A stretch of DNA of 64,000 bases from Candidatus Amoebophilus sp. 36-38 (GTDB taxonomy: Bacteria; Bacteroidota; Bacteroidia; Cytophagales; Amoebophilaceae), in NCBI GenBank assembly GCA_001897825.1, contig MKUM01000066.1, forward strand, positions 8,687 through 72,686, written 5' to 3'. Positions 46,891 to 56,741 of the stretch are shown here, piece by piece (positions within the stretch are counted from its first letter, which is position 1; the number at the start of each line of letters is the position of its first letter). A model generated the notes under the pieces. It was given only the letters and a program-made list of their open reading frames with translations. It was not told the DNA's origin and made no database searches. The translations under genes and the position numbers were made by a program.

Positions 46891-48726
46891 ATGTGTGGAA
46901 TTATCGGTTACATAGGTCATAGAAACATCCATCCTACCATTTTAAAAGGACTCGAAAGATTAGAATATAGAGGTTATGACAGTGCAGGAATTGCTTGGTT
47001 AGATAGTGGAATCCGAGTATATAAAAAAGCAGGCAAAGTGCATGATCTAGCAGCCTTAATAGCTCAAGAAAAGCTAAATAGCCATATTGGAATTGGACAT
47101 ACCCGCTGGGCTACGCATGGTGTTCCAAACGACACAAATGCACATCCACACCTATCTGCTTCTGGTAAGCTAGCCATTATACACAATGGTATTATCGAAA
47201 ACTATAGTATCCTCAAACAGGAGCTTCTTAGCAAAGGATACATTTTTAAAAGCGATACAGATACAGAAGTACTCATCAACTTCATTGAAGATGTACAGTT
47301 ATGTAATAACTGTTCCTTAGAAGAGGCGGTGCGCCTAGCCCTTAACAAAGTGGTAGGGGCTTATGGTATTGTTATTATATCCCAGGACCACCCTAATACA
47401 CTTATTGGTGCAAGAAAAAGCAGTCCCCTCGTACTTGGTATCGGTAAGGATGAGTTTTTTATCGCCTCTGATGCTACACCGATCTTGGAATATACAGATC
47501 GAGTGATTTATTTAAATGATTATGAAATTGCAGTTATTAAAGATGGCATGCTCTTTTTAAACGACATTAAGAATGTACCTATAACTCCTTATATACAAAA
47601 ATTAGAAATCCAATTAGAAGCTATAGAAAAGGGTGGATTTGAACATTTTATGCTGAAAGAAATATTTGAGCAACCTACTTCTATAACCGATTGTATGCGT
47701 GGAAGGCTAGATATACCCCACAAAACGATCAAACTGGGAGGTATCGAAGCACATATGGATCAGTTGGTCCATGCACCTAAGATTACGATTCTAGCCTGTG
47801 GAACATCTTGGTTGGCCGGCATGGTAGCGGAGTATTTCTTAGAAGAATTATGCAGAATACCTGTGGAAGTACAATACGCTTCTGAATTTCGTTATAGAAA
47901 TCCGATCATTCAACCAGGAGAAATCATGCTAGCTATTTCGCAATCAGGAGAAACTGCCGATACACTAGCAGCCATTGAACTAGCTCAAGCACAAGGAGCT
48001 ACTGTACTAGGCATCTGTAATGTGGTAGGATCTTCTATTGCCCGAGCTACTCAAGCAGGTATCTATACCCACGCGGGGCCAGAGATAGGTGTGGCTAGTA
48101 CGAAAGCTTTTACAGCTCAACTTACCGTGCTTATGCTATTGGCCTTATCTTTAGCTCAACGACGAAAAACGATCACATCCAGTAAATTTGAAGAAATCAT
48201 TACAGAATTAGCAAGTATCCCTGACAAGGTAAAAGCGATGCTGCAACATGCATCTAAGCTTAAGGAGTTAGCTAATTTATTCAAATCCGCAACCAACTTC
48301 TTGTATTTAGGAAGGGGTTATAACTATCCAGTAGCTTTAGAAGGTGCTTTAAAGCTTAAAGAGTTGTCTTATATACATGCTGAAGGCTACCCTGCTGCAG
48401 AAATGAAGCATGGGCCCATTGCATTGATTGATGAAGATATGCCCGTAGTATTTATTGCCACAAAGGATAGAATTTATGAAAAGATCATTTCTAACATTCA
48501 AGAAGTTAAAGCTAGAAAAGGAAAAATTATTGCAATTGTTACCCAAGGCGACGAACACGTCAAACAACTTGTAGACCATATTATAGAAGTACCAGCTACG
48601 CACGAAGCACTGATGCCTATTGTATCTGTGATCCCGTTGCAGTTGCTAGCCTATTATATAGCTGTAGAAAAAGGATGTAATGTAGACCAACCTAGAAATT
48701 TGGCTAAATCTGTGACAGTAGAGTAG
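46891..48726 (+). CDS. glmS: Glutamine--fructose-6-phosphate aminotransferase
   Basis: 611 aa. N-terminal MCGIIGY nucleophile, two SIS domains, C-terminal LAKSVTVE. Confidence 0.98.
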   Translation: MCGIIGYIGHRNIHPTILKGLERLEYRGYDSAGIAWLDSGIRVYKKAGKVHDLAALIAQEKLNSHIGIGHTRWATHGVPNDTNAHPHLSASGKLAIIHNGIIENYSILKQELLSKGYIFKSDTDTEVLINFIEDVQLCNNCSLEEAVRLALNKVVGAYGIVIISQDHPNTLIGARKSSPLVLGIGKDEFFIASDATPILEYTDRVIYLNDYEIAVIKDGMLFLNDIKNVPITPYIQKLEIQLEAIEKGGFEHFMLKEIFEQPTSITDCMRGRLDIPHKTIKLGGIEAHMDQLVHAPKITILACGTSWLAGMVAEYFLEELCRIPVEVQYASEFRYRNPIIQPGEIMLAISQSGETADTLAAIELAQAQGATVLGICNVVGSSIARATQAGIYTHAGPEIGVASTKAFTAQLTVLMLLALSLAQRRKTITSSKFEEIITELASIPDKVKAMLQHASKLKELANLFKSATNFLYLGRGYNYPVALEGALKLKELSYIHAEGYPAAEMKHGPIALIDEDMPVVFIATKDRIYEKIISNIQEVKARKGKIIAIVTQGDEHVKQLVDHIIEVPATHEALMPIVSVIPLQLLAYYIAVEKGCNVDQPRNLAKSVTVE

Positions 48727-48760
48727 AAACAAAACGTTTTTTTAAACTATTCTTATTTAT

Positions 48761-48906
48761 TAGAGTTCTTTCAAAACCGTCGCCTTTAAGTCCCCTGGGT
48801 TCGTCAGTAATTTGCTCGAAATCCTCATTTACTATAAGTAAACTCCGGTTCCTCACAAATTCCTTCCTGCCCAGCGAACAAAATTCTTGGTTTTGAAAGA
48901 ACTCTA
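48761..48906 (+). mobile_element. MITE-like element copy E (perfect 18-bp TIRs tagagttctttcaaaacc / ggttttgaaagaactcta)
   Basis: Read directly. The core is nearly identical to copies B, C and F. Confidence 0.85.
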
Positions 48907-48991
48907 TTTTTTTACCTCTTACCTAACAGCCGCTCGGTTTTACTAAGTGACAAATAATCATCACTCGGCACAGCCGAGCGATTGATTAGGA
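48863..48991 (+). repeat. 129-bp segment (right 44 bp of MITE E plus 85 bp of flank) duplicated in inverted orientation at 56736-56864
   Basis: Manual alignment of the reverse complement gives 5 mismatches in the 127 bp compared. Contains the hairpin cgctcggc-tgt-gccgagtg. Confidence 0.85.
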
Positions 48992-49026
48992 AATACAACA
49001 TGCAGGCTTGTAAATGGGGCTTAAGC

Positions 49027-52000
49027 TTATATTTTCCACGCAATATCTTGAAGCGATTGATAAACAATATCCTGTAGTTTGACACGAATATTCTGTTCAG
49101 CCAACTTATTATTAGACTCTGTAGGATAAGTTCTATTAGATAGGAATATATATATTAGTTCGTGTTGTGGATCTACCCAAACTGCTGTGCCTGTAAAACC
49201 TAAGTGCCCATAGGTAGAAGCAGAAGCATACCTAGAAGTATTAGGTTTATATTTCATTTCTGGTTTATCCCATCCAAGTCCTCGTCGGTTATTTTTAAAG
49301 GCCTTACTAGCAAACCGTTGGATAATATCTTTTTTTAAATATTGTTTACCACCATAATAACCGCCTTGTAAGTTCATTTGTAAGATAACTGCTAAGTCAT
49401 GTGCATTACTAAAAAGACCTGCATTACCTGCTACTCCTCCGCAAATAGCAGCTTGTGGGTCATGTACGATGCCATGGATAGGGGTAGTTCTAAAAAAATC
49501 ATATTCTGCTGTAGGAGCTATCTGTTGTAAACTAAACCTTTCCAGTGGATTATAGCCAATTAGGTGAGCTCCTAAGGATTTGTAAAATTTACCAGATAGG
49601 AAAATTTCCATGGGCTGCTGCAACAACTTTTCTATTAGCTTATGCATCATATGAAAACTCACGTCATTATAGTGAAGGGTATGCGGTCTGAATAATTTCT
49701 TTTTCTTTACAGGAGAGGAAATATAAACATCCCACATGAGTTCCTTTAGCAGATGAGGAGTATATAGGTCCATACCTATCCTATTCGGATAACTAGCAGA
49801 GGGCATATTACTGAACAATTTTCTACTTAATTTGGTATCTTTTTGAAATAAAATATTCCTTATCACACTAGCATCTAGCAATCCAGCCTGGTGAGCTAGA
49901 ATGGCCTTGATAGTCAGATTTTTTTTATTAGTGGAACGCAATTCCGGTAAGTAAAAAGATATTTTCTTACTTATATCTAACTTTTCTTGACCTACCAAAT
50001 ACATAAGTATTTGTAAAGGTCCTATTACTTTGGTTATAGAAGCTATATCATAGAGTGTTGTATTTGTAACCGGATTTTTTTTTGCATAGGTGTGATAGCC
50101 ATAGGGCTTTTCAAAAACTATTTTACCTCTTCTGGCTACTAATACTTGGCAACCTGGTATAACTTCTTCTACAATAGCTTTTTCTACAACCTTATCAATA
50201 CCTGCTAAGACCCCGCTATCCATTTGCACAGCCTCTGGCAACGTATAGCTAAGCTTTTGTAAGCTTTTCGTTCTAATACCCCACTCTGACTTCCAAGCAT
50301 TTGGAATACTAACCGGTAATGTTCCTACAGCTGGTAAGGCTCCAAAAATTATTTGTGGAACTACTTGTTCAGCTACAGAATCCTCTTGGTAAGCTGCTAT
50401 AAGATGATTCATATTTTGGAATAACTCTAAACTATAAACATTGCCAAAAACTATCAACAAAACTTTGGTTTGGGTGTTCTGTAGGTTAGTTAAAAATTGT
50501 AGTAACTCTGGTTGTAACCCAAACTTATTGGCTCTATTACCAGCTATATCATGTATATCTACAATTACCAATGTGTACTTTTCTAATTCATCTGCCAATT
50601 TCCGAAGCAATATAGTATTTAAGGAAGTCCTGTTAAGTCTATAATGCGAGACAGGAGCATATTGAGCTAACATCTGACTAAATATATTTGCTGACTTATC
50701 AGTAGGTAATATTTGTTTTTCAGGGAGTTCTTGAGAACCAGAAGTAACGGGCTGTTTGACAATAGAGAGAGATGCAATTTTATGCTTAGATAGTTTCGTA
50801 ATAGGAATCAAATTATCCTGATTGGCTACTACTGTAATAGCTTGCTCAAATAACTGTTGCTTAAGTAGCTGTGCCTGGGGAGTATTTATCTTTTCATACA
50901 AGCCATCTATTTCTACAGGCTTCCATTCATGCAAATGCAATTCATATTTTACTGCCAGAATCTTTTTAACTTTTTGTTCTATCAACCTTTTATCTAACTG
51001 GCCTTTTTCGATAGCTGCTTTGATTAACGCAACAGCTTTGGGGACATCTTCGGGAAAGAGCAATATATCATTACCTGCTTGCAAAGCTAGTAAATCCACT
51101 TCACCCGGCTGATAGTATTTGGTAACAGCTTTCATATTAAGTGCATCGGTAAACACTAGTCCCTCAAATCCTAATTTTTTTTTCAAAAGTTGTGTAACAA
51201 CATTGGAGGACAGCGATACAGCACGGTTAGCTGTAGTATCATAGGCTGGCAAGTATACGTGAGAAACCATAATTCCACCAATACCAGCAAGGATAGCCTC
51301 TTTAAATGGATAAAGCTCTATATTTTCCAATCTACTAGTATCACAGGAGATAGTAGGTAGATCATCATGCGCATCTTTGCTAGCATCTCCCATGCCAGGA
51401 AAATGTTTAGCTACCGCCAAAATACCATTATCCTGTAGACCTTGGATATAGGCTAATCCTTTACTAGTTACGGCTCCTTTGCTATCCCCAAACGATCTAC
51501 TACCTATGCCTGGATTAACTGGATTAGTATTGATATCCATTACAGGAGCTAGGTTGATATGTACACCTATCAGCTTCATCTGACGCGCTATTTCAGCTCC
51601 CATATTATAAATAAGCTGCTTATCTTGAATAGCACCTAACGTCATTTGTCGAGGGTAACTAATTGTATTGGTTAATCTCATACCCAACCCCCACTCAGCA
51701 TCTATGGCAATAAGTAAAGGTGTTTTTGCTGGCTGTTGATATCTATTAGTAAGTTTTGCCTGGCTAATAGGGTCACCTTGAAAAAAAATAAGTCCGCCAA
51801 TATGATACTGGCGTATCAAGTTTTCTATGGATACGTGATGTTTTTCATCTCGATTAGAATAGGCTGCTACCATAAAAAGTTGCCCAATTTGTTCTTCTAA
51901 AGAAAGTCGCTCAAAATGATAGTCAATCCAATCTTGTTTAGTTAGAGAAGCAACTTGAGCAGGAGAATTATTAAAAGCAAAAGCAACTGCAAACAAAAGT

Positions 52001-52044
52001 ATAAGGGTAGTTACAAATAACAGGTGAAAATTTTTCATACTCAT
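49027..52044 (-). CDS. Glycoside hydrolase family 3 (NagZ-like) / serine hydrolase (beta-lactamase-family) fusion protein
   Basis: 1005 aa. Signal peptide, GH3 motif KHFPGMGD, and a C-terminal half with an SxxK motif (ASITKVIG). Confidence 0.85.
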   Translation of the reverse strand: MSMKNFHLLFVTTLILLFAVAFAFNNSPAQVASLTKQDWIDYHFERLSLEEQIGQLFMVAAYSNRDEKHHVSIENLIRQYHIGGLIFFQGDPISQAKLTNRYQQPAKTPLLIAIDAEWGLGMRLTNTISYPRQMTLGAIQDKQLIYNMGAEIARQMKLIGVHINLAPVMDINTNPVNPGIGSRSFGDSKGAVTSKGLAYIQGLQDNGILAVAKHFPGMGDASKDAHDDLPTISCDTSRLENIELYPFKEAILAGIGGIMVSHVYLPAYDTTANRAVSLSSNVVTQLLKKKLGFEGLVFTDALNMKAVTKYYQPGEVDLLALQAGNDILLFPEDVPKAVALIKAAIEKGQLDKRLIEQKVKKILAVKYELHLHEWKPVEIDGLYEKINTPQAQLLKQQLFEQAITVVANQDNLIPITKLSKHKIASLSIVKQPVTSGSQELPEKQILPTDKSANIFSQMLAQYAPVSHYRLNRTSLNTILLRKLADELEKYTLVIVDIHDIAGNRANKFGLQPELLQFLTNLQNTQTKVLLIVFGNVYSLELFQNMNHLIAAYQEDSVAEQVVPQIIFGALPAVGTLPVSIPNAWKSEWGIRTKSLQKLSYTLPEAVQMDSGVLAGIDKVVEKAIVEEVIPGCQVLVARRGKIVFEKPYGYHTYAKKNPVTNTTLYDIASITKVIGPLQILMYLVGQEKLDISKKISFYLPELRSTNKKNLTIKAILAHQAGLLDASVIRNILFQKDTKLSRKLFSNMPSASYPNRIGMDLYTPHLLKELMWDVYISSPVKKKKLFRPHTLHYNDVSFHMMHKLIEKLLQQPMEIFLSGKFYKSLGAHLIGYNPLERFSLQQIAPTAEYDFFRTTPIHGIVHDPQAAICGGVAGNAGLFSNAHDLAVILQMNLQGGYYGGKQYLKKDIIQRFASKAFKNNRRGLGWDKPEMKYKPNTSRYASASTYGHLGFTGTAVWVDPQHELIYIFLSNRTYPTESNNKLAEQNIRVKLQDIVYQSLQDIAWKI

Positions 52045-52156
52045 AGTTAAGTAATAATTTGTATAAACTATCAGGTCAAGAATATAACAAAGGTTTATTA
52101 ATAAAATCTACAGTTGTAAATACAAATTATAAACCACGCAAATTAAGTAGCATGCT

Positions 52157-52612
52157 TTGAATCACATGAAATTTACTAATTCGTCTACTTTTAACTACAA
52201 ACTTCAAATTATAGAAGGTAAATATTATATATTTGATATTATACGTAAAAAATACGTACGATTAACTCCTGAGGAGTGGACCAGACAACATCTCATACAC
52301 TATTTGATCCAAGAGCTTTCATATCCTAAAGCCTTAATTAGTGTGGAAAGGCAGATACAGGGGCATTATCTGATCAATAGACCTGATATAGTTACCTATG
52401 ATAAGCAGGGAAATCCTTTTCTTATAGCAGAGTGCAAAGCATCCCATGTAGCCATCACAGACAAAGCTTATAGCCAACTAGCTCGCTACAATAGACAGGT
52501 TAGAGCAAAATTACTTGTAATAAGTAATGGGCAAGAATATGGATGCTGGAAAATTAGCTATGGTGGTTTTATTCCTGAAATTTTAGAGTCTATCCCCCAT
52601 TTTGATAGTTAG
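52157..52612 (+). CDS. Type I restriction enzyme HsdR N-terminal domain-containing protein (stand-alone PD-(D/E)xK fold)
   Basis: 151 aa. RPDIVTY...FLIAECKA nuclease-like motif typical of this small Bacteroidota family. Confidence 0.65.
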   Translation: MNHMKFTNSSTFNYKLQIIEGKYYIFDIIRKKYVRLTPEEWTRQHLIHYLIQELSYPKALISVERQIQGHYLINRPDIVTYDKQGNPFLIAECKASHVAITDKAYSQLARYNRQVRAKLLVISNGQEYGCWKISYGGFIPEILESIPHFDS

Positions 52613-52845
52613 ATGTAAACTGTATTACCTACATCACGCCTTAATCATTGATATATTTACTTTCGACTAACTCTATTTGGTTTAAACCTGCTTGCTTTTC
52701 TATATTATCATCTAAAAAAATAGACTTCTTTCAAACCCCTCTTTGATATAGAGCTCGTGTTTCCACAGACGAGTCCATTTCCTGCCGATCAATTCCGCAC
52801 GAGATAGGTTCTCCCGATCTCCGAGTACTACTAAATCGAGTTTAT

Positions 52846-54927
52846 TTAAGCTATACTATCCTTGATAGAACCGAGAATTTTGCTTATTCCTTCAACTTTA
52901 GCTTGTGCCTCTGCATGTCCGTGACCAGCTGCTTTTTGAATCCATTCAAATGCCTTTTGTTCATCCTTTGCTACTCCCATTCCATTTGCATACCTCACAC
53001 CTAGGTTATATTGTGCATCGACATGTCCTTGCTCAGCAGCTTTTTGATAGTATTCAAATGCCTTTTGTTCATCCTTTACTACTCCATTTCCATTTGCATA
53101 CCTCACACCTAGGTTATATTGTGCTTCGACATGTCTTTGATCAGCAGCTTTTTGGTAATATTCAAATGCTTTTTGTTCATCCTTTTCGACTCCTTTTCCA
53201 TTTTCATACATCCAGCCCAGATTATATTGTCCCTGGACATGTCCTTGATTTGCTGCTTTTTGGTAGTATTCAAATGCCTTTTGTTCATCGTTTGCTACTA
53301 CTCCATTTTCATTTTCATACATCCAGCCCAGATTATATTGTGCATAGGCATCTCTTTGATTTGCTGCTTTTTGATAGTATTCAAATGCCTTTTGTTCATC
53401 CTTTGCTACTCCTCTTCCAGCTTGATACATCATACCTAAATTATTTTGTGCCACTGCAAGTCCTTGATCCGCTGCTTTTTGATAATATTCTACTGCCTTT
53501 TGTTCATCCTTTGCTACCCCTCTTCCAGTTGCATATCTCACACCCAGCTTATTTTGTGCCACTGCAAGTCCTTGATCCGCTGCTTTTTGATAACATTCTA
53601 CTGCCTTTTGTTCATCTGCTGCTATCTCACTTCCATTTTCGTATATCCAGCCCAATAAATTTTGCGCCTTTGCATATCCTTTATTTGCTGCTTTTTCAAT
53701 CCAGAAGAATGCCTTTTTTTCATCCTTTTTGATCCCGTTCCCTCCTTTAAACATCCAGCCCAGATTATATTGTGCCTCGACATGTCCTTGATTTGCTGCC
53801 TTAGCATACAGCTTTACAGCTTTCCCATAATCTACGTATACCCCTTGTCCTTTTTCATGCATCAAACCTAACTTAAAAGTAGCCTCAGATAAATCTAATT
53901 TATAAGCTTTTCTGTAATAGGTTAAAGCCTCTTTATAATATAAATAATTTTTTGGATGTGTAAAGTACATCTCTCCTAACTCGAGATAAGCGCAGCTAAG
54001 CGAGTGCTTATTTTGATGACTTGACCGATTAGACTTAATCCTTTTAATCCTTTGCGTACAAGAATCAAATGTGTCGGACATCTCGGAAGGAATAACTTGC
54101 ATATTTCCCAAATAATCTCTGCAAAGAGTATGTTCTGAAAGAATTAACTCATTAAATTCTCTGCAAACTCGCCGAACATTCAAAAGGGTTGATGAATGTA
54201 AAAAGGAAAAAATGCACAGTTTAATTTCGGGAGGAATTCCTATAAGTGTAGAACAGATAATAGAGTTTCCCTCACAAGATTTCTCATTAGAAGATGAAAA
54301 TCCTTTATCAGTTGATTGATCTGCCCCATCCTTAGAAGTTTTCTCATCTATTAACAAATGTGGATGTTTATTTGGCTTGTCTGAATTAGATTGTTCTATT
54401 GTTAATTTATCTTTTTTTTCTCCTTCTTTATCTTTTTCTTTATCTTCATCTTCTCTTTTTCTTTTCATTCCTCCTAGGAGCCCTTTCTTACAAATAGATA
54501 TGCTAGCCGGTTGTCCACTTTGGGATAAATTAAAATGAATAATTCTTTGCTGTTCTTCTTTATTTAAATGTGACAGCTGTGCTACATCTATATCTGGAGC
54601 TATATTAACAGATAAATTAGTATACGTTTTACTAAAGCCTTCTGGTATATTCATTTCTACATCTGCTTGTAACTTTTCATCCTGTTCATGAAAAATAACT
54701 AGATGCCCTCCCTTTGCTGTAAGTTCTCGACCTGCTAACTCTTTAATAGCAGTTGCATTATTTGATTTTAGATCGTCACGTTCATTAGGTGAACTCGCGA
54801 TGAAGTCTATGGATTCTTTTACTTCTGGGGCAGAAAAATTTGAAAAATCACTGCAACTTTGTAAAAACAAACTTACAAGTAATACAGCGGCTAATAGTTT
54901 CTGATTTAATCTGTAATCTCTTTGCAT
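52846..54927 (-). CDS. Lipoprotein-leader protein with shared N-terminal domain, F-box and about 10 Sel1 repeats
   Basis: Lipobox LLVSLFLQSC. aa 62-156 are homologous to aa 186-282 of the 1647-aa protein. F-box IPPEIKLCIFSFLHSSTLLNVRRVCREFNELI at aa 228-268. The 36-aa Sel1 units have the pattern (E/D)AQYNLG.MY..G.GV.KDEQKAFEYYQKAA.QG. Confidence 0.85.
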   Translation of the reverse strand: MQRDYRLNQKLLAAVLLVSLFLQSCSDFSNFSAPEVKESIDFIASSPNERDDLKSNNATAIKELAGRELTAKGGHLVIFHEQDEKLQADVEMNIPEGFSKTYTNLSVNIAPDIDVAQLSHLNKEEQQRIIHFNLSQSGQPASISICKKGLLGGMKRKREDEDKEKDKEGEKKDKLTIEQSNSDKPNKHPHLLIDEKTSKDGADQSTDKGFSSSNEKSCEGNSIICSTLIGIPPEIKLCIFSFLHSSTLLNVRRVCREFNELILSEHTLCRDYLGNMQVIPSEMSDTFDSCTQRIKRIKSNRSSHQNKHSLSCAYLELGEMYFTHPKNYLYYKEALTYYRKAYKLDLSEATFKLGLMHEKGQGVYVDYGKAVKLYAKAANQGHVEAQYNLGWMFKGGNGIKKDEKKAFFWIEKAANKGYAKAQNLLGWIYENGSEIAADEQKAVECYQKAADQGLAVAQNKLGVRYATGRGVAKDEQKAVEYYQKAADQGLAVAQNNLGMMYQAGRGVAKDEQKAFEYYQKAANQRDAYAQYNLGWMYENENGVVANDEQKAFEYYQKAANQGHVQGQYNLGWMYENGKGVEKDEQKAFEYYQKAADQRHVEAQYNLGVRYANGNGVVKDEQKAFEYYQKAAEQGHVDAQYNLGVRYANGMGVAKDEQKAFEWIQKAAGHGHAEAQAKVEGISKILGSIKDSIA
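52900..53800. repeat. Tandem 108-bp (36-codon) Sel1-coding repeats with high unit-to-unit DNA identity
   Basis: ttcaaatgccttttgttcatcc recurs at a 108-bp period (e.g. 52944, 53052, 53160). Confidence 0.85.
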
Positions 54928-55130
54928 ATTTTACGTAATTTACAAGTGTTGACTTTATATTAGTTGCTAGTTAACACATATGCAAGTCCTTTTTATAAAA
55001 AAAATCAACAGGAAAGAACTATTAATATAAGGCTAATATAGCCGATTCGATATAGGAAACAGGTTCTTAAATATCGCCTCATTTGTAAGCTGGCTGCCTT
55101 CAAACAAAAGAGACAATTATGTACAATTGA

Positions 55131-56741
55131 TTACTTGCCTAACAATTTATTTAGCTCATCAACTTTAGCTTGTGCATCTGCAAAACCTTGGTCAGCTGCT
55201 CTTTGATACCATTTTATTGCTTCTTGATAATTCCGCCCTACCCCTAAACCTTCTTCATACATCCACCCTAGGGTATATTGTGCACCTACAAATCCTTGGT
55301 CAGCTGCTTTTTGATGCCATTTTATTGCTTCTTGATAATTCCGAGTTACCCCTTTGGCATTTCCATACATCCATCCCAGATTATATTGTGAATTTACATT
55401 GCCTTGTTCAGCCGCTTTCCAATTCCATTTAAAAGCTTCTTTCAATGCATCTTGATAATCTACTTTTACTATTAGACTACCTAGTTTTACTACTAGCCCT
55501 TTTACTATTGGCTCATTTTGATATATCACTCCTAGCCTACTTTGTGCAGCTACAAATTCTTGGTCAGCTGCTCTTTGATACCATTTTATTGCTTTTTGAT
55601 AATTTCGAGGTACGTCTATACCTTGCTCATACTTCAACCCCAAGTTATATTGAGCTGTAGCATCTCCTTTCTTGGCTTGCTTTAGTAAGCCAGAAATGGG
55701 AGTAACCTCTTGCCCTTTTTCTGCTTTTTCTCCTAAGCAATACTCTTGATGATATACTTCAAAATCAGGATGATTTGACTCTAGCAAATGCTTCACAATC
55801 TTCATTTTAGGACGTTTCAACTCAGCTAACCAACACTATTCTATAATTTTTTTGATTGTTGAATCAATATTATAATCAATGATATTTTCTTTATTGCCTT
55901 CTGAGATATATTTAGCAATTTGATAAGCATTATTATACTGCTCAAATGGCTCTCTACGAGCTTCCAATTGCCATAATACCATCCCATAACTATATACATC
56001 ACCAGCTTTACTATTTTTATCTTGACCAAATAGTTCAGGTGCAATCCATCGCCAAGTTCCACCTAGCTACTCTCCATACGTCTGATTTTCCGTTTTTAAT
56101 GCAGCTGTACCAAAATCTGTAATTTTTGCTCGTCCTCTACTATCCAATAAAATATTATCACTCTTTAAATCACAGTGCACTATATCCCACTGATGCAAAT
56201 AATTTAACCCTTCAGCCACATCCAAGGCAATTTGATAGCGTAGTTTCCATTCAGTATCCCAATCTCTAACTTCCTTGTGACTTTTTAACAAATTCCACAA
56301 TGAACCTTGTGACGCATACTCCATCATGAATGCATCTTGTTCAGGATAAGGTCCTGGTCGATAAATCATCCCCGGAGTTGTAAAAAAGCCCAGAAAACTA
56401 ATAATGTTTGGATGCTTAAGATTTGCTATAATTATAACTTCCTTTTTGAAAGCATCAATTTGTTTTTTGTCAAGGTTATGGAGACTTTTAACCGCTACTT
56501 CTTTTTCTTGGTATTTAGCCTTAAAAACTTGACCCATGCCTCCTCTACCTATCTCTTTAATATACTGTATACTTTCAGCATCAATAGGTAAAAATGATGT
56601 ATTAAAATTTCTTTCCCTCCAAGGAGTATTTGAGACAGGAGATTCAACTTTAGTGGGATCAGTAGAAGAAGCTGTCTCTGAACTAGAACTATTGGAAGAA
56701 TCAGAGACATAGTTTTTTTCTATCTCTACTAACTCTCCTAA
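55131..56741 (-). pseudogene. Protein kinase (TKL-like) fused to Sel1 repeats; two in-frame TAG codons and no start codon
   Basis: One continuous frame with GRGGMGQVF, VAVK, HCDLKSDNILL, DFG, then TAG (56067-56069). It continues GTWRWIAPE, DVYSYGMVLWQL, IKKIIE, then TAG (55836-55838). It ends CWLAELKRPKMKIVKHLLE followed by Sel1 repeats. Upstream the frame closes at TGA 56742-56744, inside the 129-bp repeat. Confidence 0.75.

Noticed and set aside
52720-52840. Segment starting tagacttctttcaaaccc that resembles a MITE left end
   Set aside because: Only the first ~18 bp resemble the family. The interior is unrelated and no matching right TIR is visible. It is possibly a remnant or a different element, so it is not called.
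52900-53800. Regular 108-bp periodicity that could be mistaken for a CRISPR-like array
   Set aside because: There is no repeat/spacer alternation. The whole unit is repeated, it is coding (36-aa Sel1 units), and no cas genes or leader are present.
52905-53871. 275-aa and several 60-106-aa plus-strand ORFs over the Sel1 array
   Set aside because: They are antisense to the Sel1 repeats. The periodic sequence keeps the opposite strand open by chance, and the translation is repetitive L/F/H-rich with no start context.
55836-56069. TAG recoding (pyrrolysine or genetic-code change) as the explanation for the two in-frame amber codons
   Set aside because: TAG terminates well-conserved genes in this same window at their expected C-termini (glmS ...VTVE-TAG, the lolA-like gene, the U-box fragment). 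Nothing resembling pyl genes is seen. Nonsense mutations are the simpler reading.
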